This document shows, one piece after another, positions 1 through 9,933 of a stretch of 64,000 nucleotides of DNA. Numbering within the stretch: the stretch's first letter is position 1; each line of letters begins with the position of its first letter. Location: positions 224,001 to 288,000 of the forward strand of contig CAWFJP010000002.1 of the NCBI GenBank assembly GCA_963816145.1, read 5' to 3'. The position numbers and the translations under genes are program-made. Below the pieces are notes generated by a model, which saw only the letters and a program-made list of their open reading frames with translations, ran no database searches and was not told where the DNA came from. The DNA comes from an uncultured delta proteobacterium. Lineage in GTDB: Bacteria > Desulfobacterota > Binatia > UBA9968.

Positions 1-252
1 GCGCTGAGCGACGATTACTTCATCAAACGCAAGCTCTATCCTAACGTCGATTTCTATTCGGGTTTGATTTATCAGTCGATGGGCTTGCCAATGGATATGT
101 TCCCTGTGCTATTCGCGATTCCGAGAACTGTTGGCTGGATCGCCCAATGGGAAGAAATGCTTACCGATCCGGATCAAAAACTGGCTCGGCCCAAGCAGGT
201 TTACCTAGGTGCGCCGACGCGCGACTTCGTTGAAATGTCTAAACGCAAATAG
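1..252 (+). CDS. gltA: citrate synthase, 3' partial
   Basis: Frame open from base 1: [24 protein letters not shown]...[13 protein letters not shown]...RPKQVY, which carries the [10 protein letters not shown] citrate synthase motif. Confidence 0.93.
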   Translation, partial: ALSDDYFIKRKLYPNVDFYSGLIYQSMGLPMDMFPVLFAIPRTVGWIAQWEEMLTDPDQKLARPKQVYLGAPTRDFVEMSKRK

Positions 253-255
253 CGT

Positions 256-1647
256 TTAGCGCAGAGACCCGCGAATTCCGTCAAGAATAACCCGAAGCTT
301 CTGACCGATTTGCAAACGCGCTGTGGTTAAGCCGTTTAGCTCCATGAGCGAGCTGACGGCTTGGCCGTATCGTGCGGCAATCGACGCGAGCGTGTCGCCG
401 CGCTTGACCTCGTGAGTAACCACCTGCACTGGTTCAGTTTCCTTGCTGCGTTGGTATTCGCCGGCTTTGGCGAACACCAGGCCTTTGCCGACCGGTACCC
501 GTAAGCGATACCCGCGCGATCCTGGCGGCGTAACACTGCGGAGCAGCGCCGGATTGAGTTCTTTGATCATCGCGCGATCGGCCTCGGCCATCTCTGCGGC
601 GGCATCGAACTTGAGCAAGCCTTCCGCCTCCACTTCGTCAAATTCCAGCGGTTCCTCGTAGCGCAAATTATTAAAACCATATTTTTTCGGATTGGTGGCG
701 ATCAACGCGACGGCGACGAACTTGGGCACGAAGTTGCGCGTTTCTTGGCTGAGCTGGGCTTTTTCTTTGATGCCCCAAAAATCCGACGCGCGGCTGGTCT
801 GCAGCGCTTTGTCGATGATCGCCGGCCCGGCGTTGTATGCCGCGGTTACGAGGTACCACCGGCCATAGTAGCGATGGAGATCTTTCAAATATGCAGCGGC
901 GGCCTTGGTCGATTTCACCGGATCGCGCCGTTCGTCGACCCAGTCGTCGATACGCAGGCCGTATTGGCGCGCCGTGCTTGGGACGAATTGCCAAAGCCCT
1001 GCGGCACCCGCTTGAGATGCCGTATCCACCTGGAACTCGCTTTCGAGCAGGGCAAGGTAGGCCAACTCTTCAGGAAGCCCTTCTTCGCTCAAGACTTTGG
1101 CAATGATCGGCATGTACTTGCCGGAACGTGCTAGTAACGTTTCGAAATAACTCTTGTTGCTCACTGAATATTGGCTGATGAACTGGCGCACGCGCGGGTG
1201 TTCGACGACATCTTTGGAAAATTGTAAACGGCGGCGCTCTCTGGGCTGTTCGACCGCCTTGTCGATATCTTTCTCTAACAGTTCTATTAGCCGGTTGTCG
1301 CTCGGCGGCGGTGGGGCTACGCTTGGGGTGGCTCGTGCGATCGATGTCGCGGGTTTGTCGCGGCTATCGGCGCGATCACTCTTGGCTACGAAGGGCGCGG
1401 GTTGCGGCTTCGGCATGGGCGGTAACTCAACGGTTTCAACAGCTTTCGGAGTCTCACTGATCGTCGGCGGCTGCGGTGTAGTCGTAATCGATGTTGGCTT
1501 GGCAGTTAACGGAAGGACGCGGGCGATGGGCGCAGGTGCTGAAGAAGCAGCCGCACTGTAGTATCGGCGATCTGTGCTGGCGCAACCGGAGATTCCAACA
1601 ATTGCCAACAGCAGATAATAGACGATTCTGCTCGACCGCATAGGCAA
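256..1647 (-). CDS. mltD: membrane-bound lytic murein transglycosylase D-like lipoprotein (SLT domain + LysM)
   Basis: Lipobox-like ISGC, Pro-rich linker, LALLES / AAGLWQF / AAYNAG SLT motifs, C-terminal LysM (HEVKRGDTLASIAARYG). Confidence 0.88.
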   Translation of the reverse strand: MPMRSSRIVYYLLLAIVGISGCASTDRRYYSAAASSAPAPIARVLPLTAKPTSITTTPQPPTISETPKAVETVELPPMPKPQPAPFVAKSDRADSRDKPATSIARATPSVAPPPPSDNRLIELLEKDIDKAVEQPRERRRLQFSKDVVEHPRVRQFISQYSVSNKSYFETLLARSGKYMPIIAKVLSEEGLPEELAYLALLESEFQVDTASQAGAAGLWQFVPSTARQYGLRIDDWVDERRDPVKSTKAAAAYLKDLHRYYGRWYLVTAAYNAGPAIIDKALQTSRASDFWGIKEKAQLSQETRNFVPKFVAVALIATNPKKYGFNNLRYEEPLEFDEVEAEGLLKFDAAAEMAEADRAMIKELNPALLRSVTPPGSRGYRLRVPVGKGLVFAKAGEYQRSKETEPVQVVTHEVKRGDTLASIAARYGQAVSSLMELNGLTTARLQIGQKLRVILDGIRGSLR

Positions 1648-2277
1648 ACCTTAAAACCTTCGGCACCTTACCGAAATTAGCCGTCGGGCACAACCCTTAG
1701 GTGAAAAAAATTTGCGTGATTTTTATAAGGCGCACGGCTTGTTATGGTGTGTCTAAGCAGGACTCGGTGCCACTTGGCAAAATATAAAATAATTCGGCTA
1801 TGAGAATAAAATTTCTCGAAGAAAACTACGACCAAATTCGGGTGACAATTCCGCTCATGAGCCAATAGATTACCGATCGTTTTGAAAAAATCCCGCGAGT
1901 GGTCTGAGTCGCATTTGACGGTGATTCGACGGGTAGTTCGCGCGCAGAACTTTTTCTCGGTGTGAAATATGGAACGCGCAATTGTTTTCGAAGCAACCGG
2001 CGGTTGGCCCGCGGTCTTGTCTCCCGAGAACCCAATGAGCAGATGACTCCGCAGTGAATCGCAAATAGTGCGTGTAGCCCGCGACGGTTCGAATGTTGCG
2101 CTACGGTCAACGAGCTGTCGCTTCTTCGATGAATTGGAAAAACTCAGGGCGGGTGTTCATCCCTGCTCAGTATTCGTAAGCGATGCCATTGGTCAGTGTC
2201 GGCCAGAGCGCAGCTCAGTTTTCGTCGTATTCCGTTGCCGCGCGATCATTAGGCGTCTACCGTCCGTTCGACATCTC

Positions 2278-2740
2278 CAAAACTCTTTATTCACGCGTCG
2301 CTCATGCTTCAAGGAACGGCGACGTCCAGTTTGAACTTGGGTGCGCAACAGGAAATCGCAGATTGGCGACGCGCGATGGAACTTATCTTGCGTGAGCGGA
2401 AAATTCGCGGTGATCAGCGGTCAGTCTGGAGGGGTATGGATTGGCCAATTACAGCTTTGATCGGGGCGACACTTTCAAAGAACCGCCCATGGCGGCGTCG
2501 AATTCAAAACTCATTTTCACGCGTCGCTCATGCTTCAAGGAACGCGCGACGTCCATTTTAACTTGGGTGCGCAAAAAGGAAATCACAGGTTGGCGACGCG
2601 CGATTGAAACTAACTTGATTGAGTCGGAAAATTCGCGGTGGTCAGAGCTCAGTACTGAGTGGTATGAATACGCTAGATTCCTAGCGTTACTCAGAACGAC
2701 ACTCTGGATTAAGAACCTCTCCTCCGGACTTCAATTCTAC
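2278..2740. repeat. diverged tandem duplication, two units of ~226 bp, non-coding
   Basis: Identical 27-mer TCACGCGTCGCTCATGCTTCAAGGAAC at 2291 and 2517; collinear shared blocks AACTTGGGTGCGCAA, TTGGCGACGCGCGAT, GGAAAATTCGCGGTG, CGACACT and AAGAACC. Confidence 0.85.
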
Positions 2741-2926
2741 CTACGGATCGTGATAAGCCGTTTAACGAAGGTGACTTGGAAAAGTACCGTCGGCGATGAA
2801 GAAGTATTATCTCAATAAACCCGCGGCATTTAAGTAACTCAGAGGGACGAGTCACCAATTTGATCTTGTGCATACAGAAACCTCGCCCTGGAAAGAGTGC
2901 GCGAACTTAGTTGCAGGAAGAAACAC

Positions 2927-3937
2927 ATGGCAAAGAAAATTCGTGAATTCATGACTCACCGCGAACCGTCGGAGCATATCTGGATGGAGCGCGACGAGAG
3001 CGCGGTGATCGGTACGGCGCGCATGGGCAAGAGAACCGTGCCGCATATCCGGCCGTTCGATCTGGTGCGCAACACGCCGCTTACTGGCAACCGCGCGAGG
3101 GTGACCGTGTTCGAAGGCGACGCACTGCAAGTGACGACCGAGTATGTTGCCGGGTGCGAAACACAGCTCACTCGCGCAGCGGATTACGATATCGTTTATC
3201 TGCAATTTTGCGGTCGCTCGAAGATTGAAAGCGAGAGCGGTGTGATCGAAATGGAGCCGGGCGAGATCGCCTTGGTGCCGTCGGCGATCTCCCACCGCAC
3301 CACGGGCATGGACGATTGTCTGCGGGTGCGGGTGGCGACTCAGGAGGCGGTGAGCGAAGGCGTCGATCCGGAGAAACCGACGACTCAAAATAAGTTCACG
3401 GTAAAGCCCTCCGAGCCCATTGGCGCGGCTAACGGTCATAAGACCGATGGTGCGGCGGAGCGATCGGTGCTGGAGCATATCAGCTTTTGGGATCCACAGT
3501 CGGACCTCTGGGTCGAGCGCGATGTTGCGGCATTGATTGGCTGCAAGCGCGAGGGCGGCCGGCCAGTGCGCAAGCTGAGCGCGTTCAATTATTTCACTGG
3601 CATGACCGGCAAGGGCGGCGCGCGCGCGCCGGTGCTCTACAACGCCAATCAGTTCCGCGTCGACGTTTACAATCTCGAAGAGGAGCAAAACGGTTTTCAT
3701 CGCGGCTGTGACGAGGACGAAATTTGGTTTCAATTCCGCGGCCACTCGCTGAACCACACCGAGTGGGGCGCCATGGAACTCGACGCCGGGCAAATGTCCT
3801 ATATCCCGCGCGGCGTAGCGCACCGCATCACCGGCAGCCCCGGATTCCTGCGCATGGTGCTCTACAGCCGCAAGCTAGTCCATCCCAAGGCGTTCAATAA
3901 CGTCTCGGAGCGCGCGACACGTTTCGATGTGCAGTAG
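2927..3937 (+). CDS. bicupin protein, homogentisate 1,2-dioxygenase-like
   Basis: Two cupin halves (RAADYDIVYLQFCG...PSAISHR; FHRGCDEDEIWFQFRG...PRGVAHR); ATG at 2927 follows an AGGA RBS. Confidence 0.65.
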   Translation: MAKKIREFMTHREPSEHIWMERDESAVIGTARMGKRTVPHIRPFDLVRNTPLTGNRARVTVFEGDALQVTTEYVAGCETQLTRAADYDIVYLQFCGRSKIESESGVIEMEPGEIALVPSAISHRTTGMDDCLRVRVATQEAVSEGVDPEKPTTQNKFTVKPSEPIGAANGHKTDGAAERSVLEHISFWDPQSDLWVERDVAALIGCKREGGRPVRKLSAFNYFTGMTGKGGARAPVLYNANQFRVDVYNLEEEQNGFHRGCDEDEIWFQFRGHSLNHTEWGAMELDAGQMSYIPRGVAHRITGSPGFLRMVLYSRKLVHPKAFNNVSERATRFDVQ

Positions 3938-3982
3938 TTTTTTGGAACGTTGGCTAGCCGGTGTATTCGTCACGAGGACACG

Positions 3983-4030
3983 CCCCCACCTTCATCCTCC
4001 CCCGCAAGCGGGGGAGGAAAGAGGAGGGGG
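3983..4030. repeat. REP-like palindromic element
   Basis: CCCCCACCTTCATCCTCCCCCGCAAGCGGGGGAGGAAAGAGGAGGGGG forms a hairpin. Confidence 0.65.
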
Positions 4031-4056
4031 TTAAGCGCAAAGGGCACAATGAAAAA

Positions 4057-5175
4057 ATGATGCGTAAAATTGTCGCACTAATTTGGTTCTGGCTAATCGT
4101 GATCGTCGGCAGTCACAATTATCTACATGCGCAGCAGCCATGGCAGGCGGAGTGGGACAAAACGGTTACGGCGGCGAAGAATGAAGGCAAGGTCGTCATC
4201 GGGCTGCCGCCGAGCGCGGAGCTGCGGCGCGAGCTCGAGCCGGCGTTTAAGGCGCGTTTCGGTTTCGAGATGGAGATTTTTTCCGCCACTGGGCCGCAGA
4301 TCGCCAATCGCGTGGTCACCGAAGGCAAAGCCGGCATGCGCTACTTCGATACATTTATTTTCGGCTCCTGCACCGGGGTGCCGCTGATTAAAAGCGGCTT
4401 GTTCGATCCTGCGGAAAATTCTTTCATTCTTCCCGAGGTCAAGGACGCGAAGAATTGGTGGGGTGGCCATGTTTTTATGGACAACGTCACCAACTCGCGG
4501 CTGTTTTACTCCTTCATTTCAACCAAGAGCACCGAAGGCTTCTGGCATAACACCACGCTGGTGAAAGCGGACGAGCTGCGTTCGCTCGACGATCTGCTCG
4601 ACCCCAAATGGAAAGGCAAAATCGGTCTCAGCGATCCGCGGGTTGCCGGCTCCGGCTTATCGGTTTGGTCTTATCTGTGGGAGAACAAGGGCGAGGAGTA
4701 TTTGAAAAAACTGGTCGCCCAGGACTTGTTCGTCACCCAGAATCTGCGCCAGCTGGCCGAGGCGCTGGCTAAGGGCAAACTGGCGATTACTCTGGGCATC
4801 GGCATGGCGCAGACCGAACCGTTTCTCAAAGCGGGTTTGCCGGTCAAAGACTTGCCCGAGCCGCGCGAAGGCACGCCGTCGAGCAACGGTTACGGTACCC
4901 TCGCAATACTCAAGAATCCGCCCCATCCCAACGCCGCCAAAGTATTCGTCAACTGGCTGCTCGGCAAAGAAGGGCAGGAAATCTACAGCCGGGTGCTGTT
5001 GCACGGCACGCGCCGCCTGGATGTCGAGACCAAGTGGATGGCGAAGCAAGGTGTGGAAGCGTCGAAGGACGTGCTGAGCCCGAAGGAAAACGAAAAACTG
5101 CGCAATTATCTTGAAGACAAGTGTGTCGATATTCGGTTGAAGGCGCAGAAGTTTGCCGAGAAGATCTTGCAGTGA
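4057..5175 (+). CDS. ABC substrate-binding protein, AfuA/Fe3+-thiamine-like cluster
   Basis: Signal peptide; AAKNEGKV, DLLDPKWKGKI and PHPNAAKVFVNWLL motifs. Confidence 0.85.
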   Translation: MMRKIVALIWFWLIVIVGSHNYLHAQQPWQAEWDKTVTAAKNEGKVVIGLPPSAELRRELEPAFKARFGFEMEIFSATGPQIANRVVTEGKAGMRYFDTFIFGSCTGVPLIKSGLFDPAENSFILPEVKDAKNWWGGHVFMDNVTNSRLFYSFISTKSTEGFWHNTTLVKADELRSLDDLLDPKWKGKIGLSDPRVAGSGLSVWSYLWENKGEEYLKKLVAQDLFVTQNLRQLAEALAKGKLAITLGIGMAQTEPFLKAGLPVKDLPEPREGTPSSNGYGTLAILKNPPHPNAAKVFVNWLLGKEGQEIYSRVLLHGTRRLDVETKWMAKQGVEASKDVLSPKENEKLRNYLEDKCVDIRLKAQKFAEKILQ

Positions 5176-5217
5176 AAATTGAGTGTCGCGTGGTTCAGTG
5201 GCTTTGTGATCCTGGTT

Positions 5218-5310
5218 CGTCCTTCCGGCGCAGAGCTTGCCCCGTACTGGATACGGGGCCTGAATCCAGGAGAGAAGAGGGGATGGATACCGGCTTTCGC
5301 CGGTATGACG
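5218..5310. repeat. REP-like inverted doublet (GTCATTCCGGCG...TGGATTCCGGC...GGAATGAC family)
   Basis: Arms CGTCCTTCCGGCG and CGCCGGTATGACG; related copy at 48626-48733. Confidence 0.65.
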
Positions 5311-5387
5311 ATTCGTGCGATTGAAATCGACGCGACCAAAAGTCAGCTGTTTTCGTCGCATGCAGGTTTATTAGTTGGAGACCCGGA

Positions 5388-6842
5388 ATGGATACACTTC
5401 CTTATCACGATTTTCGCGGCTTCATCGAGGAGGCCAAGAAGGTCAGCGCCTGGCGCTTGATCGAGGGCGCCGATTGGGACAATGAAATTGGCGCGCTGAT
5501 CGAGGCGACCGCTGAGCTCGATGACCGGCCGATGCTCCTGTTCGACAAGATCAAGGATTATCCGGCGGGCTTTCGTCTGGTCAGCCTGGCGTTTGCCAAC
5601 TACAAACGGACCGCGTTGGCTTTCGGAATTTCGCCGGAGAAAACCAAGCTTGAAGTTGTGCGCTTGCTGGCGCGCAAGATGAAGTCCGGCAAGTCGATTC
5701 CTGCCGCCGAGGTCAAAGCTTCACCGCTGATGGAAAACGTCATGCAGGGGCACCAAGTCGATCTGCTGAAATTCCCCGCGCCGCGCTTTCACGACGGCGA
5801 CGGCGGCCGCTACATCGGCACCGGCGATTGTTTGATCAACGCCGATCCGGATAGCGGTTTCATCAATGCCGGCACCTACCGGATTCAGCTGCACGAGAAA
5901 AATCTCCTTGGTCTGTGGATGAGTCCGGGGCAGGACGGCCGGTTGATTTGCGCAAAGTATTGGCAGCAAGGGAAAAGCTGTCCGGTGGTGGCGACGTTTG
6001 GCAGCGATCCCTTATTGTTCACTCTGGCGCATACCAAATTGGCTTATGGTAAATCGGAGCTCGATTATGCCGGCGGTTTGATGGGCCGGCCCCTGGAATT
6101 TATCCGCGGTCCGGTCACCGGTTTGCCTATACCCGCCGGCGCGGAGATCGCCATCGAAGGCGAGATTCCGCCGCCAAGCGAAGAGGCGCGTGCCGAGGGG
6201 CCGTTCGGCGAATGGCCGGGCTATTACTCCGGCGGCACCGTCGGCACCGGCGAGGCGCAGCCGGTGATTCGGGTCAAAGCAATTTATCACCGTAACGATC
6301 CGATTCTTGAGGAGGAGGCGCCGCTGTGGACCGGCGCGATGAAGATCGACGGCAATCCCACCGCCGGCATTCTCTGGGATCAACTGGAAGCCGCCGGTGT
6401 TCAAAACGTCGTCGGCGTTTACAATCATTCGCCGTACATGACCGTGGTGGCCATCGAGCAGAAATTCCCCGGCCACGCTAAGCAGGCGGGCCTCGCGGCG
6501 GTGAGTTGCGCGGCGTCGGCGCGCAACGGCCGCTACGTGGTGGTGGTCGACGAGGACATCGATCCGACCAACATGAAAGAGGTGCTGTGGGCAATGATGA
6601 CGCGGGTCGATCCGCCGACCAACATCGATATCGTCGACGGCGCCTGGTCGACGCCGCTCGATCCGCGTATGCCGCCGGACAAGCGCGATTCGAAGGACCA
6701 TACCAACGGCCGGGCGATCTTTTACGCGGTGCGGCCGTTTCACTGGAAAGATAAATTTCCTAAGGTCAGCCGGTCGAGCCGGCAGTTGCGCGAGCAAGTG
6801 ATCAAAAAATTTCGCGCTGTTATTCCGTTTCCGGGAGCGTAG
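5388..6842 (+). CDS. UbiD family prFMN-dependent (de)carboxylase
   Basis: DGGRYIGTG, NAGTYRIQ, EGPFGEWPGYY, VVVVDEDIDP and STPLDP motifs. Confidence 0.92.
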   Translation: MDTLPYHDFRGFIEEAKKVSAWRLIEGADWDNEIGALIEATAELDDRPMLLFDKIKDYPAGFRLVSLAFANYKRTALAFGISPEKTKLEVVRLLARKMKSGKSIPAAEVKASPLMENVMQGHQVDLLKFPAPRFHDGDGGRYIGTGDCLINADPDSGFINAGTYRIQLHEKNLLGLWMSPGQDGRLICAKYWQQGKSCPVVATFGSDPLLFTLAHTKLAYGKSELDYAGGLMGRPLEFIRGPVTGLPIPAGAEIAIEGEIPPPSEEARAEGPFGEWPGYYSGGTVGTGEAQPVIRVKAIYHRNDPILEEEAPLWTGAMKIDGNPTAGILWDQLEAAGVQNVVGVYNHSPYMTVVAIEQKFPGHAKQAGLAAVSCAASARNGRYVVVVDEDIDPTNMKEVLWAMMTRVDPPTNIDIVDGAWSTPLDPRMPPDKRDSKDHTNGRAIFYAVRPFHWKDKFPKVSRSSRQLREQVIKKFRAVIPFPGA

Positions 6843-6845
6843 ACC

Positions 6846-7955
6846 GTGACGAATTTTTTCACCAAAGTGTTATCGCTTGTCACAACGATGTCGCTGCTTG
6901 CGACTGCAGTATTCGCCGCCGAGAGACAGAGCGAATGGAATCGAACCCTCGACGCAGCGCGCAAAGAAGGCATTGTCGTCGTCGGCATTCCCGCTAGCAC
7001 CGAATTGCGCATTGCCATCGGCCAGAAGTTCAAAGACAGGTTCGGTATCTCCATTGAACTTTTGGCCGCGCGCGGGCCGGAAAATGTGACTCGTATCATC
7101 ACGGAGTTTAACGCCGGCGTGCGCTATTACGACGTGCTCGTGGCTGGCGGCGCGACGCCGCTGTCGATGATTGCGGTGGGTGCCGCCGACGATTTCAATT
7201 CGTACATGATTTTGCCGGAAGTGAAGGATCCTAAGAACTGGTGGGGCGGTCATATTTGGGAAGATAACCTGAGCACGAAAAAGCATGCTTACGCTTTTCT
7301 CTGTTACACGAGCGAGACCTGGTGGTACAACAGCAGCCAGGCGGAGCCCAGTGAAACCCGCTCTTTCGACGACCTGTTGAATCCCAAATGGAAAGGGCGC
7401 ATCGGTCTGCTCGATCCGCGCAATCCCGGTTCGGGACAGAACACTTGGTCGTTTATCTGGAAAACCAAAGGCGAGGAGTATCTGACTAAGCTCGCGCAAC
7501 AAGATTTGCTGGTTAATCAGAACCTGCGCCAGCTCGCCGACGGCTTGGCGAAGGGCAAACTCGCTTTTACACTTGGCTTGAGCCACTACACCTACGAGCC
7601 ATTTATCAAAGCCGGTCTGCCGGTGAAGCCGGTATCGCGCGTCAGAGAAGGCGCTCACGCCAACAACGGTAGCGGCGTGGTGACCGTGGTAAAAAATCCA
7701 CCCCATCGGAACGCAGCGAAGATCTTCGTCAACTGGCTGCTCAGTAAAGAAGGCCAAGAGCTTTACGGCAAGGCGATGACCCAGGGCACGCGCCGGCTCG
7801 ACGTAAGCACGGCGTGGCTCAAAGAATACGGCAGCGAGGGCTGCAAAGATGTCATGACCGTGGACGATTATCTACGCTTGGAAACCCATCTCGAGTCGTC
7901 GGTGAAGAAAATTCGAATACCGGCAATTGCTTTGGCGACCAAGCTTTTGAAATAA
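6846..7955 (+). CDS. ABC substrate-binding protein, AfuA-like (paralog of 4057-5175)
   Basis: Signal peptide; shares ILPEVKD.KNWWGGH and DLLNPKWKG motifs with the upstream paralog. Confidence 0.85.
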   Translation: MTNFFTKVLSLVTTMSLLATAVFAAERQSEWNRTLDAARKEGIVVVGIPASTELRIAIGQKFKDRFGISIELLAARGPENVTRIITEFNAGVRYYDVLVAGGATPLSMIAVGAADDFNSYMILPEVKDPKNWWGGHIWEDNLSTKKHAYAFLCYTSETWWYNSSQAEPSETRSFDDLLNPKWKGRIGLLDPRNPGSGQNTWSFIWKTKGEEYLTKLAQQDLLVNQNLRQLADGLAKGKLAFTLGLSHYTYEPFIKAGLPVKPVSRVREGAHANNGSGVVTVVKNPPHRNAAKIFVNWLLSKEGQELYGKAMTQGTRRLDVSTAWLKEYGSEGCKDVMTVDDYLRLETHLESSVKKIRIPAIALATKLLK

Positions 7956-7981
7956 GTACCGGGAAAGTTGGCAATAAGGTC

Positions 7982-9254
7982 ATGATTACCAGCGAAGAAA
8001 ACCAACTGTTGACGCAAACCAACCATGGCACCCCTGCGGGAGAACTGCTGCGCCGCTATTGGCAGCCGGTGGCGTTGTCCGCGGAGCTGCCCATGGGCGG
8101 CGCGCCGCTATGCGTCAAGATTCTTGGCGAGACGCTGGCTTTGTTTCGCGACGATCAGGGGCGGATCGGCTTGCTCGGACTGCATTGCTCGCATCGCGGC
8201 ACGGATTTGAGCTACGGCCGCATCGAAGACGGTGGGCTGCGTTGCCTCTATCACGGCTGGCTCTACGATATTAACGGCCGCTGTCTGGAACAGCCGGGCG
8301 AGCCGGGCGGCGGCGCCAACCGCGACGCAATCAAGCATCGCGCCTACCCGTGCCAAGAAAAGGGCGGGGTGATTTTCACTTACATGGGGCCGGGCAATGC
8401 GCCGTTGTTGCCCAATTACGAATTTCTAAACCAGCCGCCCGGGCACTGCTGTGTCTACAAAGTTTTTCACCAGTGCAACTATCTTCAGGCCAACGAGGGC
8501 AACATCGATCCGGTGCACTTGTCGTTTCTCCACAAATTTCTCGAGCACAAAGACGAGCGCTACACCGGCGTGCGCGGCAGCGAGGAGTCGCACTATAACT
8601 TAATCGCCAAAGCCCAGCCGCCGGCGTTGGACGTCGAAGTCACCGACTATGGCGTGCGCATTTATTCCGTGCGCCAGATGGGCGAAGATAAAATTTACCT
8701 GCGCGTATCGAATTTTGTCTTGCCGAATCTGAGCACTTTCCCAGGTCAGACCGGCGGCCAAGGTTATGGCATCAACTGGCATGTGCCGATCGACGACACC
8801 CATCACTGGAAGTATTGTTTCTTCTTCAACCGCGAAGCGCCGCTCGATCAAGCGGTGGTCGACAAGGCGCTATCAGAAGTCGATGAACACTACCGGCCGG
8901 TGCGCAACGAGTCGAACCACTTCATGCAGGATCGTGAATCGATGAAAACGCAGACCTACACCGGTATGGGCAGCGGCTTTCAGACTCACGACGCCTTTGC
9001 CACCGGTAGTCAGGGCGCAGTGCAAGACCGCACACAGGAGCATATCGTTTCGTCCGACATCGCGATCGTGGCGGCGCGCAAGCTCATGGCAAAAGCCATC
9101 CGCGACGTTCAAGAAGGACGTGAGCCGCCACATGTGATGCGCACGGCCGGAGCAGAATAATTTAGCGCACCTGTTGGTGATTTCGGATTTGGTCGAGGGC
9201 GTGAGCGATTGGAAGGCTTATACTAGGCAACAGGCAACAGGCAGTAGGCAATAG
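7982..9254 (+). CDS. Rieske non-heme iron oxygenase, phthalate 4,5-dioxygenase-like alpha subunit; apparent single-base insertion frameshift near 9145
   Basis: CSHRG...CLYHGW Rieske motif and EGNIDPVHLSFLH iron site. Called ORF stops at 9160, but the shifted frame continues EQNNLAHLLVISDLV...DWKAY to TAG 9254. Confidence 0.85.
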
Positions 9255-9313
9255 TAAGCTTCCGGAATCTTTTTCCGTCCGAACTATTGCCTGTTGCCTC
9301 GTGCCTATTGCCT
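9225..9313. repeat. inverted array of 7-bp units (AGGCAAY) between convergent genes
   Basis: AGGCAACAGGCAACAGGCAGTAGGCAATAG opposite CTATTGCCTGTTGCCTCGTGCCTATTGCCT. Confidence 0.7.
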
Positions 9314-9318
9314 TCTTC

Positions 9319-9630
9319 TCAGGTTTTAAAATCCGGATACCCCGCCTTGGCGGCTTTGGCTTTGTAATCCGCCACAAGTTCGGGGCGAGCTTTCTCGTGT
9401 ATCCAGACCGCTTCGGTGAAGCTCCAGAGTGTGAACGGATGAGCGCCCAGAGCGTAAAGCTTGCCGTAGTCCTTGGTCGCCAGCGCTTCGCGTTCTTCCG
9501 CCGTCAATTTTAGCTTCTGAGTCTTTTCCCACTCTTCGACGAAGGCGCGCGGATTGGCGCAATACTTTTCTTCGGCTTTCTCGTCCATGTTGACGAGGTG
9601 GATCAGTTTGTTCATCAGGTATTTGCTCAT
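9319..9630 (-). CDS. LigA-like small subunit of an extradiol ring-cleavage dioxygenase
   Basis: MSKYLMNKL...LTAEEREAL...DYGKLYALGAHPFTLW pattern; same operon as the LigB-like gene. Confidence 0.7.
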   Translation of the reverse strand: MSKYLMNKLIHLVNMDEKAEEKYCANPRAFVEEWEKTQKLKLTAEEREALATKDYGKLYALGAHPFTLWSFTEAVWIHEKARPELVADYKAKAAKAGYPDFKT

Positions 9631-9642
9631 GATCGCTCCCAA

Positions 9643-9915
9643 TTAGGCCTTGACCAGAGTCCAGATGCCGATACCGATAAAACCGATTCCCGCGATATAC
9701 TGCAAAGTTTTCTCACTCACGTACTGTGACATGATGGAGCCTGCGGCGACACCGATGGCGGAGGTGACGACGAGCGCAGCGGCGGCGCCGAGAAAGACTG
9801 TCAGTTTGCTGGTGTCCTTATCTGATGCAAACAACATGGTCGCGAGCTGAGTTTTGTCGCCAAGCTCGGCGATGAAGACGGAGGTGAATACGGTGGAGAG
9901 TATTTTTAGATCCAT
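9643..9915 (-). CDS. GDT1/TMEM165 (UPF0016) family single-repeat membrane protein
   Basis: FIAELGDKTQL signature, three hydrophobic segments, 90 aa. Confidence 0.88.
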   Translation of the reverse strand: MDLKILSTVFTSVFIAELGDKTQLATMLFASDKDTSKLTVFLGAAAALVVTSAIGVAAGSIMSQYVSEKTLQYIAGIGFIGIGIWTLVKA

Positions 9916-9933
9916 TAGCGGTTCTTTCGATGA

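Noticed and set aside
2278-2740. Possible CRISPR array (27-bp identical repeat)
   Set aside because: Only two copies, ~200 bp apart, with homologous rather than unique intervening sequence, and no cas genes
1677-2818. Short ORFs in the mltD-cupin intergenic region
   Set aside because: No recognisable motifs or RBS, and frames are not conserved between the duplicated units
2852-3823. 323-aa minus-strand ORF, and similar long antisense ORFs such as 31438-32580 and 43513-44310
   Set aside because: They fully overlap well-supported genes on the opposite strand, which is typical of GC-rich DNA
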